Positions 33,654 to 43,286 of a stretch of DNA of 44,466 nucleotides are shown here, piece by piece. The notes below the pieces were generated by a model. The model saw only the letters and a program-made list of their open reading frames with translations, ran no database searches and was not told the DNA's origin. A program made the translations under genes and the position numbers. Numbering within the stretch: the first letter of the stretch is position 1; each line of letters begins with the position of its first letter. The DNA lies in IMG/VR virus record IMGVR_UViG_3300045988_053012, positions 1 to 44,466 of that record; one strand, written 5' to 3'. The stretch is from a virus.

Positions 33654-35198
33654 ATGGACGTTGATACAATGCAAATAACCCGGGTGTTGTCGGAACACCA
33701 GGAATTGTTTTTACAAGAGGGCGCACGGCGTAACCTGTTGTGGTTTGCTGAATATATGGACCCGAACTTTGACCCAACGCCATTTCACGTTGCATATTAC
33801 CGGGTATTGGATATGTTCGTGAAACGCAAGATTCGCAAACTAATCATACAGGCCCCGCCGCAACACGGCAAATCCCAAGGTTCAAGCCGGTTTTTACCGG
33901 CCGATATGTTGGGCCATTTTCCGGACTTGAAATTTTGCATTTGTTCGTATGCCGCAACCATTGCCAAGGATTTCAACCGCGATGTTCAACGTTTGATTGA
34001 TTCGGATAAATACCGGGCATTATTCCCGGATACGCAATTGAATGGGTCCAACGTGGTAACGGTTGCCAACAATTACTTGCGCAATTCGGATGTGTTCGAA
34101 ATTGTCGGGCATACCGGTTCGTTGCGCGTCGTGGGCCGTGGCGGTTCGTTGACGTCCAAGACCGTGGACGTAATGATTTACGATGATTTGTACAAAGATT
34201 CCACCGAAGCCAATTCCCCGATAATCCGGACGGCCGCGTGGGACTGGTTCACGAAAGTTGCACAAACCCGTTTGCACAATGATTCCCAACAATTGGTCGT
34301 CTTTACCCGGTGGAATCCGGATGATATTATTGGCAAAATCATTGATTCGGAAAAGGTCGTGTTTGCTGAACGATGGTCCGATTTTGACAACATCCCGTCG
34401 GGCGCGTGGGTATTGGTCAACTTTGAAGCAATCAAGACCGGCGAATCGACGGAAATTGACAACAGGGAACCCGGGCAACCGTTGTGGCCGCAACGCCATT
34501 CGTTGGAACGCCTGTTGCAACAAAAACAATTGGACCCGTTGGGTTTCCAATGCCTGTACCAAGGCAACCCGGGCGACGCAACCGCGTATCTTTACCAACC
34601 GTTCAAAACGTGGGTTGAAAAATCGGATTGGGGCCAATATGTCCGTTCGGGTTGTTACGTTGATGTGGCAGACTCTGGTGACGATTTCTTGTTTGCCGCG
34701 TCTTATGACATATACCGGTCCGAAAACCAAATATGGAACGAAGCCAAACACCGAATGGAACCGTTGTTGTTCGCATTGATAACGGACATTGAATTTACCG
34801 ACGAATCAACAGAGGTTACGACCGTGACCGTTCCCCGGATGATTAACAACAATGGCGTACAAAAAGCGTGGATTGAATCGAACAACGGCGGGTCCCAATA
34901 CGAACGGGTTGTGAAAAAAAAGGTTCGGGCGTTGACGGTCCCGTTTTACCAAAGCGACAACAAGGAATCCCGAATTGTCACGAATGCGCCGTTTGTCAAT
35001 CAACATATCGTTATGCCATTCGGCTGGGAAACGCGGTACAAGAAATTCCACGACCATATTGTGGGATTCTTGCGCAAGTTTGATGCGAATACCCACGACG
35101 ACGACGCGGATGGATTAACCGGGATTTATGAAAAGGAAATTGCCGACGGAAACACGAAACCATATAATGCCGCATCCCGTGGCGTTCGTGTTCATTAA
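33654..35198 (+). CDS. terL: Terminase large subunit
   Basis: Walker A-like QAPPQHGKSQ, Walker B VMIYDDLYKD, and nuclease acidic clusters YVDVADSGDDF and THDDDADGL. ATG 33654 chosen because it follows the upstream stop; the track opens the same frame at 33600. Confidence 0.9.
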   Translation: MDVDTMQITRVLSEHQELFLQEGARRNLLWFAEYMDPNFDPTPFHVAYYRVLDMFVKRKIRKLIIQAPPQHGKSQGSSRFLPADMLGHFPDLKFCICSYAATIAKDFNRDVQRLIDSDKYRALFPDTQLNGSNVVTVANNYLRNSDVFEIVGHTGSLRVVGRGGSLTSKTVDVMIYDDLYKDSTEANSPIIRTAAWDWFTKVAQTRLHNDSQQLVVFTRWNPDDIIGKIIDSEKVVFAERWSDFDNIPSGAWVLVNFEAIKTGESTEIDNREPGQPLWPQRHSLERLLQQKQLDPLGFQCLYQGNPGDATAYLYQPFKTWVEKSDWGQYVRSGCYVDVADSGDDFLFAASYDIYRSENQIWNEAKHRMEPLLFALITDIEFTDESTEVTTVTVPRMINNNGVQKAWIESNNGGSQYERVVKKKVRALTVPFYQSDNKESRIVTNAPFVNQHIVMPFGWETRYKKFHDHIVGFLRKFDANTHDDDADGLTGIYEKEIADGNTKPYNAASRGVRVH

Positions 35199-35284
35199 GG
35201 CCATTTTTCGGGTGCTTTTAGCCGCGTTTGGTGAAAAGTTAAGGAATTACCCATTTCACAAAAGAAAATTGATTTGGTGCGGTT

Positions 35285-35307
35285 TTTTGAAAAAATAACT
35301 ACATTTG
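35285..35307 (+). promoter_or_regulatory. Late-type promoter candidate (structural operon)
   Basis: TTTTGAAAAaataacTAcaTTTGCAAA; -7 box at 35300-35307. Confidence 0.5.
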
Positions 35308-35367
35308 CAAACGAAAGCGGCCAAGGGTAAGCCGTAAAACCATAAACAATTAAAACATTTCTGCATT

Positions 35368-36015
35368 ATGCCACTTATCTGTCAATGCCCGGCCGCCGCC
35401 GCAATTACGACCATCCCGAGCGTCACTTGCCCGGAAAATTTCGGCCAAATTCAAAAAGTTGCATTCCAACGCTTGCGTAAAGCCGATGGAACCGCAAACA
35501 AGTTTACCTCAGAAGCGTCCATCCTGTTGAAAGCATCTTGGACTGCATTGATGGCCGCCCAAGACGGTTCTAAAATCGTAATATCCCCGTACATCAACGC
35601 ACCCGCTGATTCCGGCGGCGACGCCCGTTTGACGTCCGGCGGTAACGACGATTTGGGCGGTATTCCTACCGTGTTGGGCGGCAACCCTGTTCAATTTGCC
35701 GGTTCGTTGCGTTCCATTCCTCAATCCGTCATTAAGATGATGAAAGAATTGGGATGTGAAGCCGCCGTCAATAATCTTGGCGTTTTCCTGTTTGACGAAA
35801 ACGGAAAGATTGAAGCCATAAAGGGCGCAACCGATGGTGATTATTCGCCAATTCCAATTTGTGCATTGTTTGTCGGTTCCAAGACTCACGGGAATTACGA
35901 CGCCAAGGATTCCAACGCCATTTCTTGGCAATATCCCGACAACTATTCCGACGACTTGGTGATTGTGTCGCCAACCGACTTTAACCCGTTGACCGATTTG
36001 GTTGTTGCTGGATAG
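35368..36015 (+). CDS. Hypothetical virion protein (possible major tail or other abundant structural protein)
   Basis: 215 aa. Has its own late-type promoter and a 5' leader homologous to that of the major capsid gene. Function not recognised. Confidence 0.35.
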   Translation: MPLICQCPAAAAITTIPSVTCPENFGQIQKVAFQRLRKADGTANKFTSEASILLKASWTALMAAQDGSKIVISPYINAPADSGGDARLTSGGNDDLGGIPTVLGGNPVQFAGSLRSIPQSVIKMMKELGCEAAVNNLGVFLFDENGKIEAIKGATDGDYSPIPICALFVGSKTHGNYDAKDSNAISWQYPDNYSDDLVIVSPTDFNPLTDLVVAG

Positions 36016-36017
36016 TT

Positions 36018-36209
36018 ATGAATGCCAAGACAACCACGGTAACGTTAATGGCAAATGATGTTACCCGGGAATTTGAAATATCCCACGCCGAACGGTTGTT
36101 GAGGATGCCGAACAATGGCGGATGGTATTTGCCGGAAAATTCAAAATTCGAATTTGTGAACAATGGGTTACGACGTCGCCAAGATAAGAAAAAAGATTGC
36201 GGAAAATAA
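36018..36209 (+). CDS. Hypothetical protein
   Basis: 63 aa; overlaps the next gene by 47 nt. Confidence 0.4.
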   Translation: MNAKTTTVTLMANDVTREFEISHAERLLRMPNNGGWYLPENSKFEFVNNGLRRRQDKKKDCGK

Positions 36210-37905
36210 GAGTTCCGCGACATTGAGCCGTGCGAAATTGCATCAAATGCGCATCAAATTTCACACGGTCAAACGTGTTACATCTTTCAATGCACCGTAT
36301 ATTTCTTTGCCATTGACCCAATTTTTGGCAATGGTTGAAAATATCTTGCCGCACGACAAATTTGTTTTGTTCAAAGCATTGTTCCGTTATCCCATAAAAA
36401 CCAATGAGATAACGGACGTATGCTTTAACAAACTTTCCCGTATATTCGACGGGCGTAACCCCGCGTTCAATTACCAATTCGTCAACACGGCCCAACGGGA
36501 CGATTGGGAACAATACAGATTAACCAAGTTGAACGAACCCGATGTATGGGCGACGAAAGGTTGGGAATTTTTCAAATCCGAAATCAATTCCGTTCTAATC
36601 GTTGACGTACCACGGGAACAGAATACCGAATTGCCGGAACCGTATTTTTATTGGTTGCCGATTGACGACGTGATTACGTACAAAGCGGACCCGACCACGG
36701 GACAAATGGATTATATCGTTTTCCGCCGTCGTGACGAAATCGTTGTGTTGGATGATGAAACATACCGTGTTTGGGACGACAAAAAGCACACCGGAACAAT
36801 TGATGGTATGCCAAAGATTGAAGCCCCGCACGATTTGGGTTATTGCCCGGCGCGGTTTTTTTGGAATGAACCTATTTCGTTGGACGACCCGGACGTAAAG
36901 GCATCCCCGTTGTCCGCCGAATTGGAAAGTTTGGATTGGTTCGAATTTTTCCACATTTCCAAACGCCAATTGGACCTTATGGGCGCATATCCCATTTTGT
37001 CCGGGTACGAACAAAGTTGCGATTTCACGAACGCGGAAAACGGGGATTATTGCGACGGCGGGTTTTTGCGCGACAAACAAGGCCGTTACCGGTTGGATAT
37101 GTCCGGATTACTGATGCGTTGCCCGAAATGCGGAAACAAACGTATAATCGGGGCCGGTTCGTTCGTGGAAATCCCCGTACCGAACACGGACGAAAACCAG
37201 CCAGATTTGCGAAACCCTGTACAGATGTTGACCGTTGACCGAAACGCCCTTGATTACAACGTTGGGGAACAAAAACGGTTGCGTGAAGAAATCATTACGG
37301 CCGTTGTCGGACAAGATGAAATTGTAACGAACCGTGATGCGTTCAACGAACAACAGGTACAAGCGAATTTTGAAAGCGTTACAACTGTATTGAACCGGGT
37401 TAAAAAAGGTTTCGAAGCCGCCCAACAATGGGTTGATGAAACCATTTGCCGGTTGCGTTATGGACGGTATTTCATTTCGGCGAAAATCAATTACGGAACG
37501 GAATTTTACTTGTATTCCCCGGATGAATTGCGTAAACGGTATAAGGCCGCCAAGGATGCGGGCGCGTCGGAATCCGAATTGGATATGATGCAAAAACAAA
37601 TCTTGGAAACCGAATACCGTAACGACCCAACGCAATTACGCCGTATGTTGATATTGGCCGAACTTGAACCGTTCCGCCATTTGTCACGCATTGAGGTTTC
37701 CGAACTGTTTGACAAAAAGTTGGTTTCCGAAACGGATTTGCGTATTAAATTGAACTTTCCTAATTTTGTACGCCGGTTCGAACGTGAAAACACCAACATT
37801 TTGGATTTCGGCGAAGCGATACCGTACAAACGAAAGATTGAAATTATTATGGCCGAATTTCGGAAATATGCCGATGAACAGAAACCCGAACCGGCCAATG
37901 TTTAA
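36163..37905 (+). CDS. Portal protein candidate
   Basis: 580 aa; a large ORF between TerL and the scaffold/capsid genes. Assignment by size and synteny only. Confidence 0.5.
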   Translation: MGYDVAKIRKKIAENKSSATLSRAKLHQMRIKFHTVKRVTSFNAPYISLPLTQFLAMVENILPHDKFVLFKALFRYPIKTNEITDVCFNKLSRIFDGRNPAFNYQFVNTAQRDDWEQYRLTKLNEPDVWATKGWEFFKSEINSVLIVDVPREQNTELPEPYFYWLPIDDVITYKADPTTGQMDYIVFRRRDEIVVLDDETYRVWDDKKHTGTIDGMPKIEAPHDLGYCPARFFWNEPISLDDPDVKASPLSAELESLDWFEFFHISKRQLDLMGAYPILSGYEQSCDFTNAENGDYCDGGFLRDKQGRYRLDMSGLLMRCPKCGNKRIIGAGSFVEIPVPNTDENQPDLRNPVQMLTVDRNALDYNVGEQKRLREEIITAVVGQDEIVTNRDAFNEQQVQANFESVTTVLNRVKKGFEAAQQWVDETICRLRYGRYFISAKINYGTEFYLYSPDELRKRYKAAKDAGASESELDMMQKQILETEYRNDPTQLRRMLILAELEPFRHLSRIEVSELFDKKLVSETDLRIKLNFPNFVRRFERENTNILDFGEAIPYKRKIEIIMAEFRKYADEQKPEPANV

Positions 37906-37924
37906 CCAAATACCGTAAAGACGT

Positions 37925-38434
37925 ATGATTACAAAAGACGGGCGCGATACCCCGATTGAAAAGTTGACCGCCGACAATTACATTGTCCCCAAGGGAGAAG
38001 AAAAGGATTATCACGCCGTTATTGAGGTCGTACAATTCGACCAAAAGACCGGCAAACGTATTTCCAGACCCCGGGTACAAAAGTTCGGCAAAAAGATTTT
38101 CGAAGCCCACGTTATGAACAGTTTGCGCAAACAGGGTTACACCGTTACAATTTTGCACGACCCGAACGTGTGGTTAAAGGAACAGGCCGCCAAGGCCGAA
38201 CAGGCGAAAGCCGAAGCCGAACAGGCAAAGGCGCAAGCCGAGCAAGAAAAATTCGATGCGGCCGTTGATAAGGCCGTTTCCGAAAGGGTTGACGCCGCCG
38301 TTGCCAAGGCACTTGCCGAACAGGCCGCCAAGGCCGAACAGGCGAAAGCCGAACAGAGCGACAAAAAGCCCGGACCGGGACGCCCGCCCAAGGACCAAAA
38401 AGAAGCCCCCGAACAGGGTTCCCAATCAAAGTAA
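37925..38434 (+). CDS. Hypothetical A/E/Q/K-repeat protein with an AT-hook-like tail
   Basis: 169 aa. Contains a 36-bp perfect in-frame direct repeat (38180-38215 and 38318-38353). Has KKPGPGRPPK. Confidence 0.5.
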   Translation: MITKDGRDTPIEKLTADNYIVPKGEEKDYHAVIEVVQFDQKTGKRISRPRVQKFGKKIFEAHVMNSLRKQGYTVTILHDPNVWLKEQAAKAEQAKAEAEQAKAQAEQEKFDAAVDKAVSERVDAAVAKALAEQAAKAEQAKAEQSDKKPGPGRPPKDQKEAPEQGSQSK

Positions 38435-38495
38435 CCATCCCGGGCGAAACGAAAAAGTAAAATGACATTAACCAAAAATTCAAAGAGAAAGAATT

Positions 38496-39449
38496 ATGGC
38501 ACTTACAACCGAATTATTGAACGCCAACGCCGCGTTGTCCGGCTTGACGGATGACCAGAAAACCGCGATTGTCGAAATGTCCAAGAACGACGAAACCGCC
38601 GTTATTGGTCAAAAGACCGGCGAAATTTATGGCGGATTGGATGCGGACATTTTGGCCGCGTCCGGTATCGCAAAGAGTGGAACCGAAAAAACGTATGATT
38701 ATGCCAAACGTGTTATTGGCGAAATCAAAACCCAAGCGGGTAACGCCGCCGAATTGCAAACCAAGGTTTCCGAATTGGAAAAAGAGAAAATCCGTTTGGA
38801 ATCGGTTATTGCCAAGGGCGGCGCGGATGCGGAAACCAAACGTGCATTGGAACAGGCCAAGGCCGATTTGGCAAACGTAACCAAGCAATATGGCGATTTG
38901 AAAACCGAATATGACAATGCCAAGGCCGAACACGCCAAAGCAATGTTTAGAACAAAGATTGACGGCGAATTTGCCAAGGCAACCGCCGGAATTAAATTCA
39001 AGGCCGATTTGCCCGCATCTGTTACGTCCGTTCTGTTACAACAGGCCGTCGAAAAGGTAAAGGGAATGAACCCAGAATACATTGATGACGGAAACGGTGG
39101 CAAAGTATTGGCGTTTATGGAAAACGGTACGCCGAAACGAAACCCGGAAAACAACTTGCGTCCGTTCACGGCTGCCGAACTTGTTTCCGCTGAACTCAAA
39201 ACGATGGGTGTTATTGAGGATGGCCGCAAACAAGCCGGGGCCGGTTCCCAAGGCGGCCAAGGTGGAAGCGGCGGCGGTTCCAAGACCGTGGATATTTCCG
39301 GGGCAACATCCCAAAACCAAGCCCACGAAATCATTGCAAAACAACTGATGGAACGCGGATTGGTCAACGGGTCAAAGGAATTTAACGACGCAATGACGGC
39401 CGCGTGGAAAGAAAACCGCGATGTGTTAAAGGCGTTGCCGATTCGTTAA
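38496..39449 (+). CDS. Head scaffolding protein candidate
   Basis: 317 aa; strongly helical/coiled coil with a G/S-rich stretch. Immediately upstream of the major capsid gene. Confidence 0.55.
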   Translation: MALTTELLNANAALSGLTDDQKTAIVEMSKNDETAVIGQKTGEIYGGLDADILAASGIAKSGTEKTYDYAKRVIGEIKTQAGNAAELQTKVSELEKEKIRLESVIAKGGADAETKRALEQAKADLANVTKQYGDLKTEYDNAKAEHAKAMFRTKIDGEFAKATAGIKFKADLPASVTSVLLQQAVEKVKGMNPEYIDDGNGGKVLAFMENGTPKRNPENNLRPFTAAELVSAELKTMGVIEDGRKQAGAGSQGGQGGSGGGSKTVDISGATSQNQAHEIIAKQLMERGLVNGSKEFNDAMTAAWKENRDVLKALPIR

Positions 39450-39520
39450 ACTAACAGAAACAACAACACCGGGTAAAGGGTCAATCCGGCAAAAACATTA
39501 ACAATTAAAACTTTTGCATT

Positions 39521-40636
39521 ATGTCACTTATCGCAACCCGTTTGCAAAATTGGCGCGTCGAAAATCCGGAATTTGACCGTAATATGGCCCGCCCGTTGGA
39601 ATACGGCGCATTGGATTTCTTCATTGAGCAAACCAACGCCGCCAATTCCATTATCAACCCCAACTTGCGCGACCGTGCCTTTGAATCCATTGGCAACACC
39701 GTGCAAATCCCCGTTATCAATTACGATGGCGACGTGACCGTTTCCAACGTCCGTTCGTGCGTCATCGCTGACTACGAAAACACGTCCGCGTTGTACACCG
39801 TCAATTGGGTAACGCTGGCCGTTGGTTTCACGATGGTTCCACAATTGTACAGGAACAACGAAATTTCCTATGAACACGATTTTGCCCGCAAGATGGAAAA
39901 GGTTTGCCGCGCACTTGCGAACGCAATGGATGTACAGGCAATCGCCGCATTGGAAGCGAACAAAACCCAAGTGTTCAAGGATAAATTGTATTACACCGTC
40001 ACGTCCAATTCCGTGCAAATTCCTTGGAACGCCCGTATGGAATTTTTGGCGGATATGAACGCGATTATGAGGGCAAACGCTTATCCGGAAATGTTGCACG
40101 TTATCGGCGGGGCCGGGTTCGATTCCTTGGTACGCAAGATGGCCGAACACGACATTTACAACGACGTTAACAAGCGTTTGGAATACGACAATAAAGTGTT
40201 CCACTATACCAACAACATCGTGAACGGTGCCGGCATCTTTGCAACCGGTTACATTGTGGCCGATGGGAACGTTGGCGTGTTGACCCGTGTTGACCGCGAA
40301 GCGTTGAGCCGCACAGTAGCAAATTTCCACGAATGGGACGTTGTGCGTTTGCCGTACATTGATTTGCCGGTTGGCTCCCATTATTACACCGACGTCGGCG
40401 ACCAATCCGCAATTGCGGGCGAAGCGTCCGCCGATATGGTTTGCAACGTTAAGGAGTATTTCGGATTTTCCGTTGACGTGGCCTTTTTGGTAGCGTACAA
40501 TTCCGACCCGACGACCGTTGCCAACCCGATTATCAAGGTTGAGTTGGCCGCCCCTGGTGCCGCTAATCCGTTTGCAACGCCTGTTGAGGTCGTGAACGGA
40601 GCAACCAACCCGGTTAACACCAAAGCGGTAGAATAA
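39521..40636 (+). CDS. Major capsid protein candidate
   Basis: 371 aa. Follows the scaffold gene, carries the conserved late leader and is followed by a strong terminator. No motif-level proof. Confidence 0.6.
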   Translation: MSLIATRLQNWRVENPEFDRNMARPLEYGALDFFIEQTNAANSIINPNLRDRAFESIGNTVQIPVINYDGDVTVSNVRSCVIADYENTSALYTVNWVTLAVGFTMVPQLYRNNEISYEHDFARKMEKVCRALANAMDVQAIAALEANKTQVFKDKLYYTVTSNSVQIPWNARMEFLADMNAIMRANAYPEMLHVIGGAGFDSLVRKMAEHDIYNDVNKRLEYDNKVFHYTNNIVNGAGIFATGYIVADGNVGVLTRVDREALSRTVANFHEWDVVRLPYIDLPVGSHYYTDVGDQSAIAGEASADMVCNVKEYFGFSVDVAFLVAYNSDPTTVANPIIKVELAAPGAANPFATPVEVVNGATNPVNTKAVE

Positions 40637-40666
40637 ACATCGTTGAATCGTTGTTGAAATCGTTAT

Positions 40667-40695
40667 GGGGTGGGGTATTGCCCCGCCCCTTTTTT
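40667..40695 (+). terminator. Intrinsic terminator after the capsid gene
   Basis: GGGGTGGGG / tattg / CCCCGCCCC (one G-U pair), followed by T6. Confidence 0.8.
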
Positions 40696-40717
40696 CATTT
40701 ACAAACATTCATTGCAA

Positions 40718-42076
40718 ATGTACAGGTTACAAGACATTCAAAAGGCATTGTTGCCGGTTGTTGGATGGCAACAGGATTACAACCCGGAAAAGCAAATTGA
40801 CAACGAATTGTGCCAATCTGAAAGCGGCTTGACATTCCAAGGTGCGCACCCGCTTTGCACGTTGGCGAACGTCCGGGCTATTATGCCGGACGATTATTTG
40901 TACAGTTATCCGGCGTGGAATCAAATAATGACGTATAAACGCGGGGCCAAGGTGCGCCACGACGGGATTGTTTGGATTGCCAATTATGACAATACCGGAA
41001 TCGTCCCGGCCGCAACCGATTTCAACCAAGATTTTAATAATGACTTTGGTTCGGAATTGGCGGGCGCGTGGGTAAAATATGATATGGTTTCGGACTTTGT
41101 ACGAAACTTGACCATTAACGGAATCAATACGGCCGTCCAAAATTTCATTCAAGAAAAGCAATTGCAACAGGAAACCCGCAATCTTTTGGAACGTCGCACG
41201 TTCTTTGACGGGGCCGCCCGATTGGCCGCCACAATAGACCCGACCGGAAAGATTGTCGGTTTCGAAATCGTGCCGGTCCGTGCGATGGGCGTAACAACCA
41301 AAATCGAACGAATCGGGTTGCAAATGGTTGGCGGAACGGGAACGGTTCGTTTGTACCTGTTCCATTCGTCGCAAGTTGCACCAATGCGCGTAATTGATTT
41401 GGCGTTTACCAACACCAATGGCGGGTTTCAATGGTTTACACCGGCCGAACCAATTTATTTGCCTTACATCCCCGGAACAGATGGAAACGGCAACGATTCC
41501 GGCGGCGCGTGGTTCCTCTGTTACAATCAAAACGAATTGCCAGCCGGTATGCGGGCGTTGAACGTATCAAAGGATTGGTCGGTTGAGCCGTGCCAAACGT
41601 GCCTTGGCGGTTCGATTGAATCTTGGCGGCAAATGACCAAGTATTTACAGGTTTCCCCGTTCGGGATTCACGCCCCGTTGGATTTCGCCGAATACCCGGA
41701 AATGTTCGATATTGGCCAAATCGGTTACACGAACACGATGAATTACGGAATGAACGTCGAAATATCCGTTGGTTGCGATTTAACCGATTTTATCATTTCC
41801 CAACGCGGGATTTTCGCAACGGTCATTCAACGCCAAGTTGCGGCCAATGTGTTACGGACAATCGCAATGAATCCGGATGTTCGGGTAAACCGCAATCAAG
41901 TGAACGTCACGCGTGACGAATTGTTGTATGAACTTGACGGCGCACCGACCGGCCGTGCATCCGGATTGGGGTATGAACTGAAACAGGCGTACCGGGCGTT
42001 GTCGCTTGACACGCGGGGATTGGACCGCGTATGTTTGCAATGCAACAACCACGGCGTGAAATATCGCACGGTATAA
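40718..42076 (+). CDS. Hypothetical structural protein
   Basis: 452 aa from ATG 40718; the track start GTG 40670 lies inside the terminator. Has the DFNQDFNNDF motif shared with 6515..7732. Confidence 0.5.
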   Translation: MYRLQDIQKALLPVVGWQQDYNPEKQIDNELCQSESGLTFQGAHPLCTLANVRAIMPDDYLYSYPAWNQIMTYKRGAKVRHDGIVWIANYDNTGIVPAATDFNQDFNNDFGSELAGAWVKYDMVSDFVRNLTINGINTAVQNFIQEKQLQQETRNLLERRTFFDGAARLAATIDPTGKIVGFEIVPVRAMGVTTKIERIGLQMVGGTGTVRLYLFHSSQVAPMRVIDLAFTNTNGGFQWFTPAEPIYLPYIPGTDGNGNDSGGAWFLCYNQNELPAGMRALNVSKDWSVEPCQTCLGGSIESWRQMTKYLQVSPFGIHAPLDFAEYPEMFDIGQIGYTNTMNYGMNVEISVGCDLTDFIISQRGIFATVIQRQVAANVLRTIAMNPDVRVNRNQVNVTRDELLYELDGAPTGRASGLGYELKQAYRALSLDTRGLDRVCLQCNNHGVKYRTV

Positions 42077-42187
42077 GTTAATTTTGAAAGAAATGGCGTA
42101 TAACGGGCGTTTGGCCGAAAGATGATAAATTACCCGTCTTTTTGACGAAACGCCCGGAAATCGCCCGAAAATGACCGAAAATGGGTT

Positions 42188-42700
42188 ATGGGAATATTGA
42201 ACAACTTGCGGAAACGTGTTGCGGACGTGAACGACGGTTTGCAGACCGGCGAATTGGTCCGCAATGTCGTTGTTAAACATCCCGACGACATCTTGGAATT
42301 GCAAAAACAACAATTGTTCGCCGGTTTAGCGTCCAACGGTCAAGACATCCACCCGTATTATTCGGAAGATTTGAAACCGTCCGGATATTTTTACACCGTC
42401 GAATCGGCCGGGCGTTATGCCGCGTGGAAAAAAGACCGAATCAATTACCCGTACACGGCCAACAGGAACCCGGATGCGCCAAACCTGTATATCAATGGCC
42501 GGTTTCACGATGAATTGGGCGTACAGTTTGCCGGGGATTCCGTGGAAATCGTCGGAACAACCGGATATTCAAAAGGAATTATTGCCAAATATGGCATTTC
42601 CACGTTCGGTTTGATGATGGCAAATTGGATGGTTATATTTGTCGAACGCGGCGCATACGATGAATTGATGAACGAATTAAAAACACGTCTTTATGTCTAA
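42188..42700 (+). CDS. Hypothetical head-tail joining region protein
   Basis: 170 aa; assigned by synteny only. Confidence 0.4.
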   Translation: MGILNNLRKRVADVNDGLQTGELVRNVVVKHPDDILELQKQQLFAGLASNGQDIHPYYSEDLKPSGYFYTVESAGRYAAWKKDRINYPYTANRNPDAPNLYINGRFHDELGVQFAGDSVEIVGTTGYSKGIIAKYGISTFGLMMANWMVIFVERGAYDELMNELKTRLYV

Positions 42701-43286
42701 CACAAACGCACCCATCATTAAAAACCCGGTTATGTTGGACCGGGTAATTGGGGAAATACAAACCGGATTGGTTGAAAATTTGCCGTGGTTGGACGCGGCC
42801 TTTGGCCGTTCGCAACGCCTTACAAAGATGAGGAACGGCAAAAAGATAATTACGCCGAATGTCTATTGCGGCGGATGGAACGGCCACGGCGAAAACGATT
42901 ACATCGAAACGTCCCCGGATGCCAAGATTGGCAACTTTTCGTTTTTTGAAATTGAGGACCCGCAAACCATTGACGCGGGGCCGTGGGCGCGTGAAATCAA
43001 AGCCCCGTTCGGCCTTATCGTCTGGTTCGATTTAACCCGGGTGTATGATGAACCGGACAACAGGAATACCGAATACATCAAAGCCCAAATTTTGCGCGTG
43101 TTGAACGGCCGGGCCGGTTGGCATTTAAGCGGCGGTCGTATTGTCTTGAATAAGATTTACGAACGCGCCGAAAACATTTACCGTGGTTATACACTTTCGG
43201 AAATTGACAATCAATTTTTGATGCACCCGTATTATGGTATTCGATTTGATGGGATATTGGAATTTGATGAACTTTGTTTTGAATGA
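42693..43286 (+). CDS. Hypothetical head-tail joining region protein
   Basis: 197 aa; assigned by synteny only. Confidence 0.4.
   Translation: MSNTNAPIIKNPVMLDRVIGEIQTGLVENLPWLDAAFGRSQRLTKMRNGKKIITPNVYCGGWNGHGENDYIETSPDAKIGNFSFFEIEDPQTIDAGPWAREIKAPFGLIVWFDLTRVYDEPDNRNTEYIKAQILRVLNGRAGWHLSGGRIVLNKIYERAENIYRGYTLSEIDNQFLMHPYYGIRFDGILEFDELCFE

Noticed and set aside
39524-40708. Long minus-strand ORFs (this 394-aa one; also 2750..3802, 24905..25816, 25126..26187, 27147..27956, 34020..34751, 40727..41530 and 43649..44443).
   Set aside because: Each lies antisense to a + strand gene that has recognisable motifs or clear operon logic. The translations are low-complexity (R/G/V/F/N-rich) and no promoter or terminator exists in that orientation. 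They are shadow ORFs of a strongly strand-biased genome.
42077-42187. The intergenic hairpin (GGGCGTTT..AAACGCCC, or ACGGG..CCCGT plus T5) after 40718..42076, considered as a terminator, and the tandem CCGAAAATG x2.
   Set aside because: The loops are 26-35 nt, so neither fold is a credible intrinsic terminator. The 9-nt tandem has only two copies, and I could not support any function for it.
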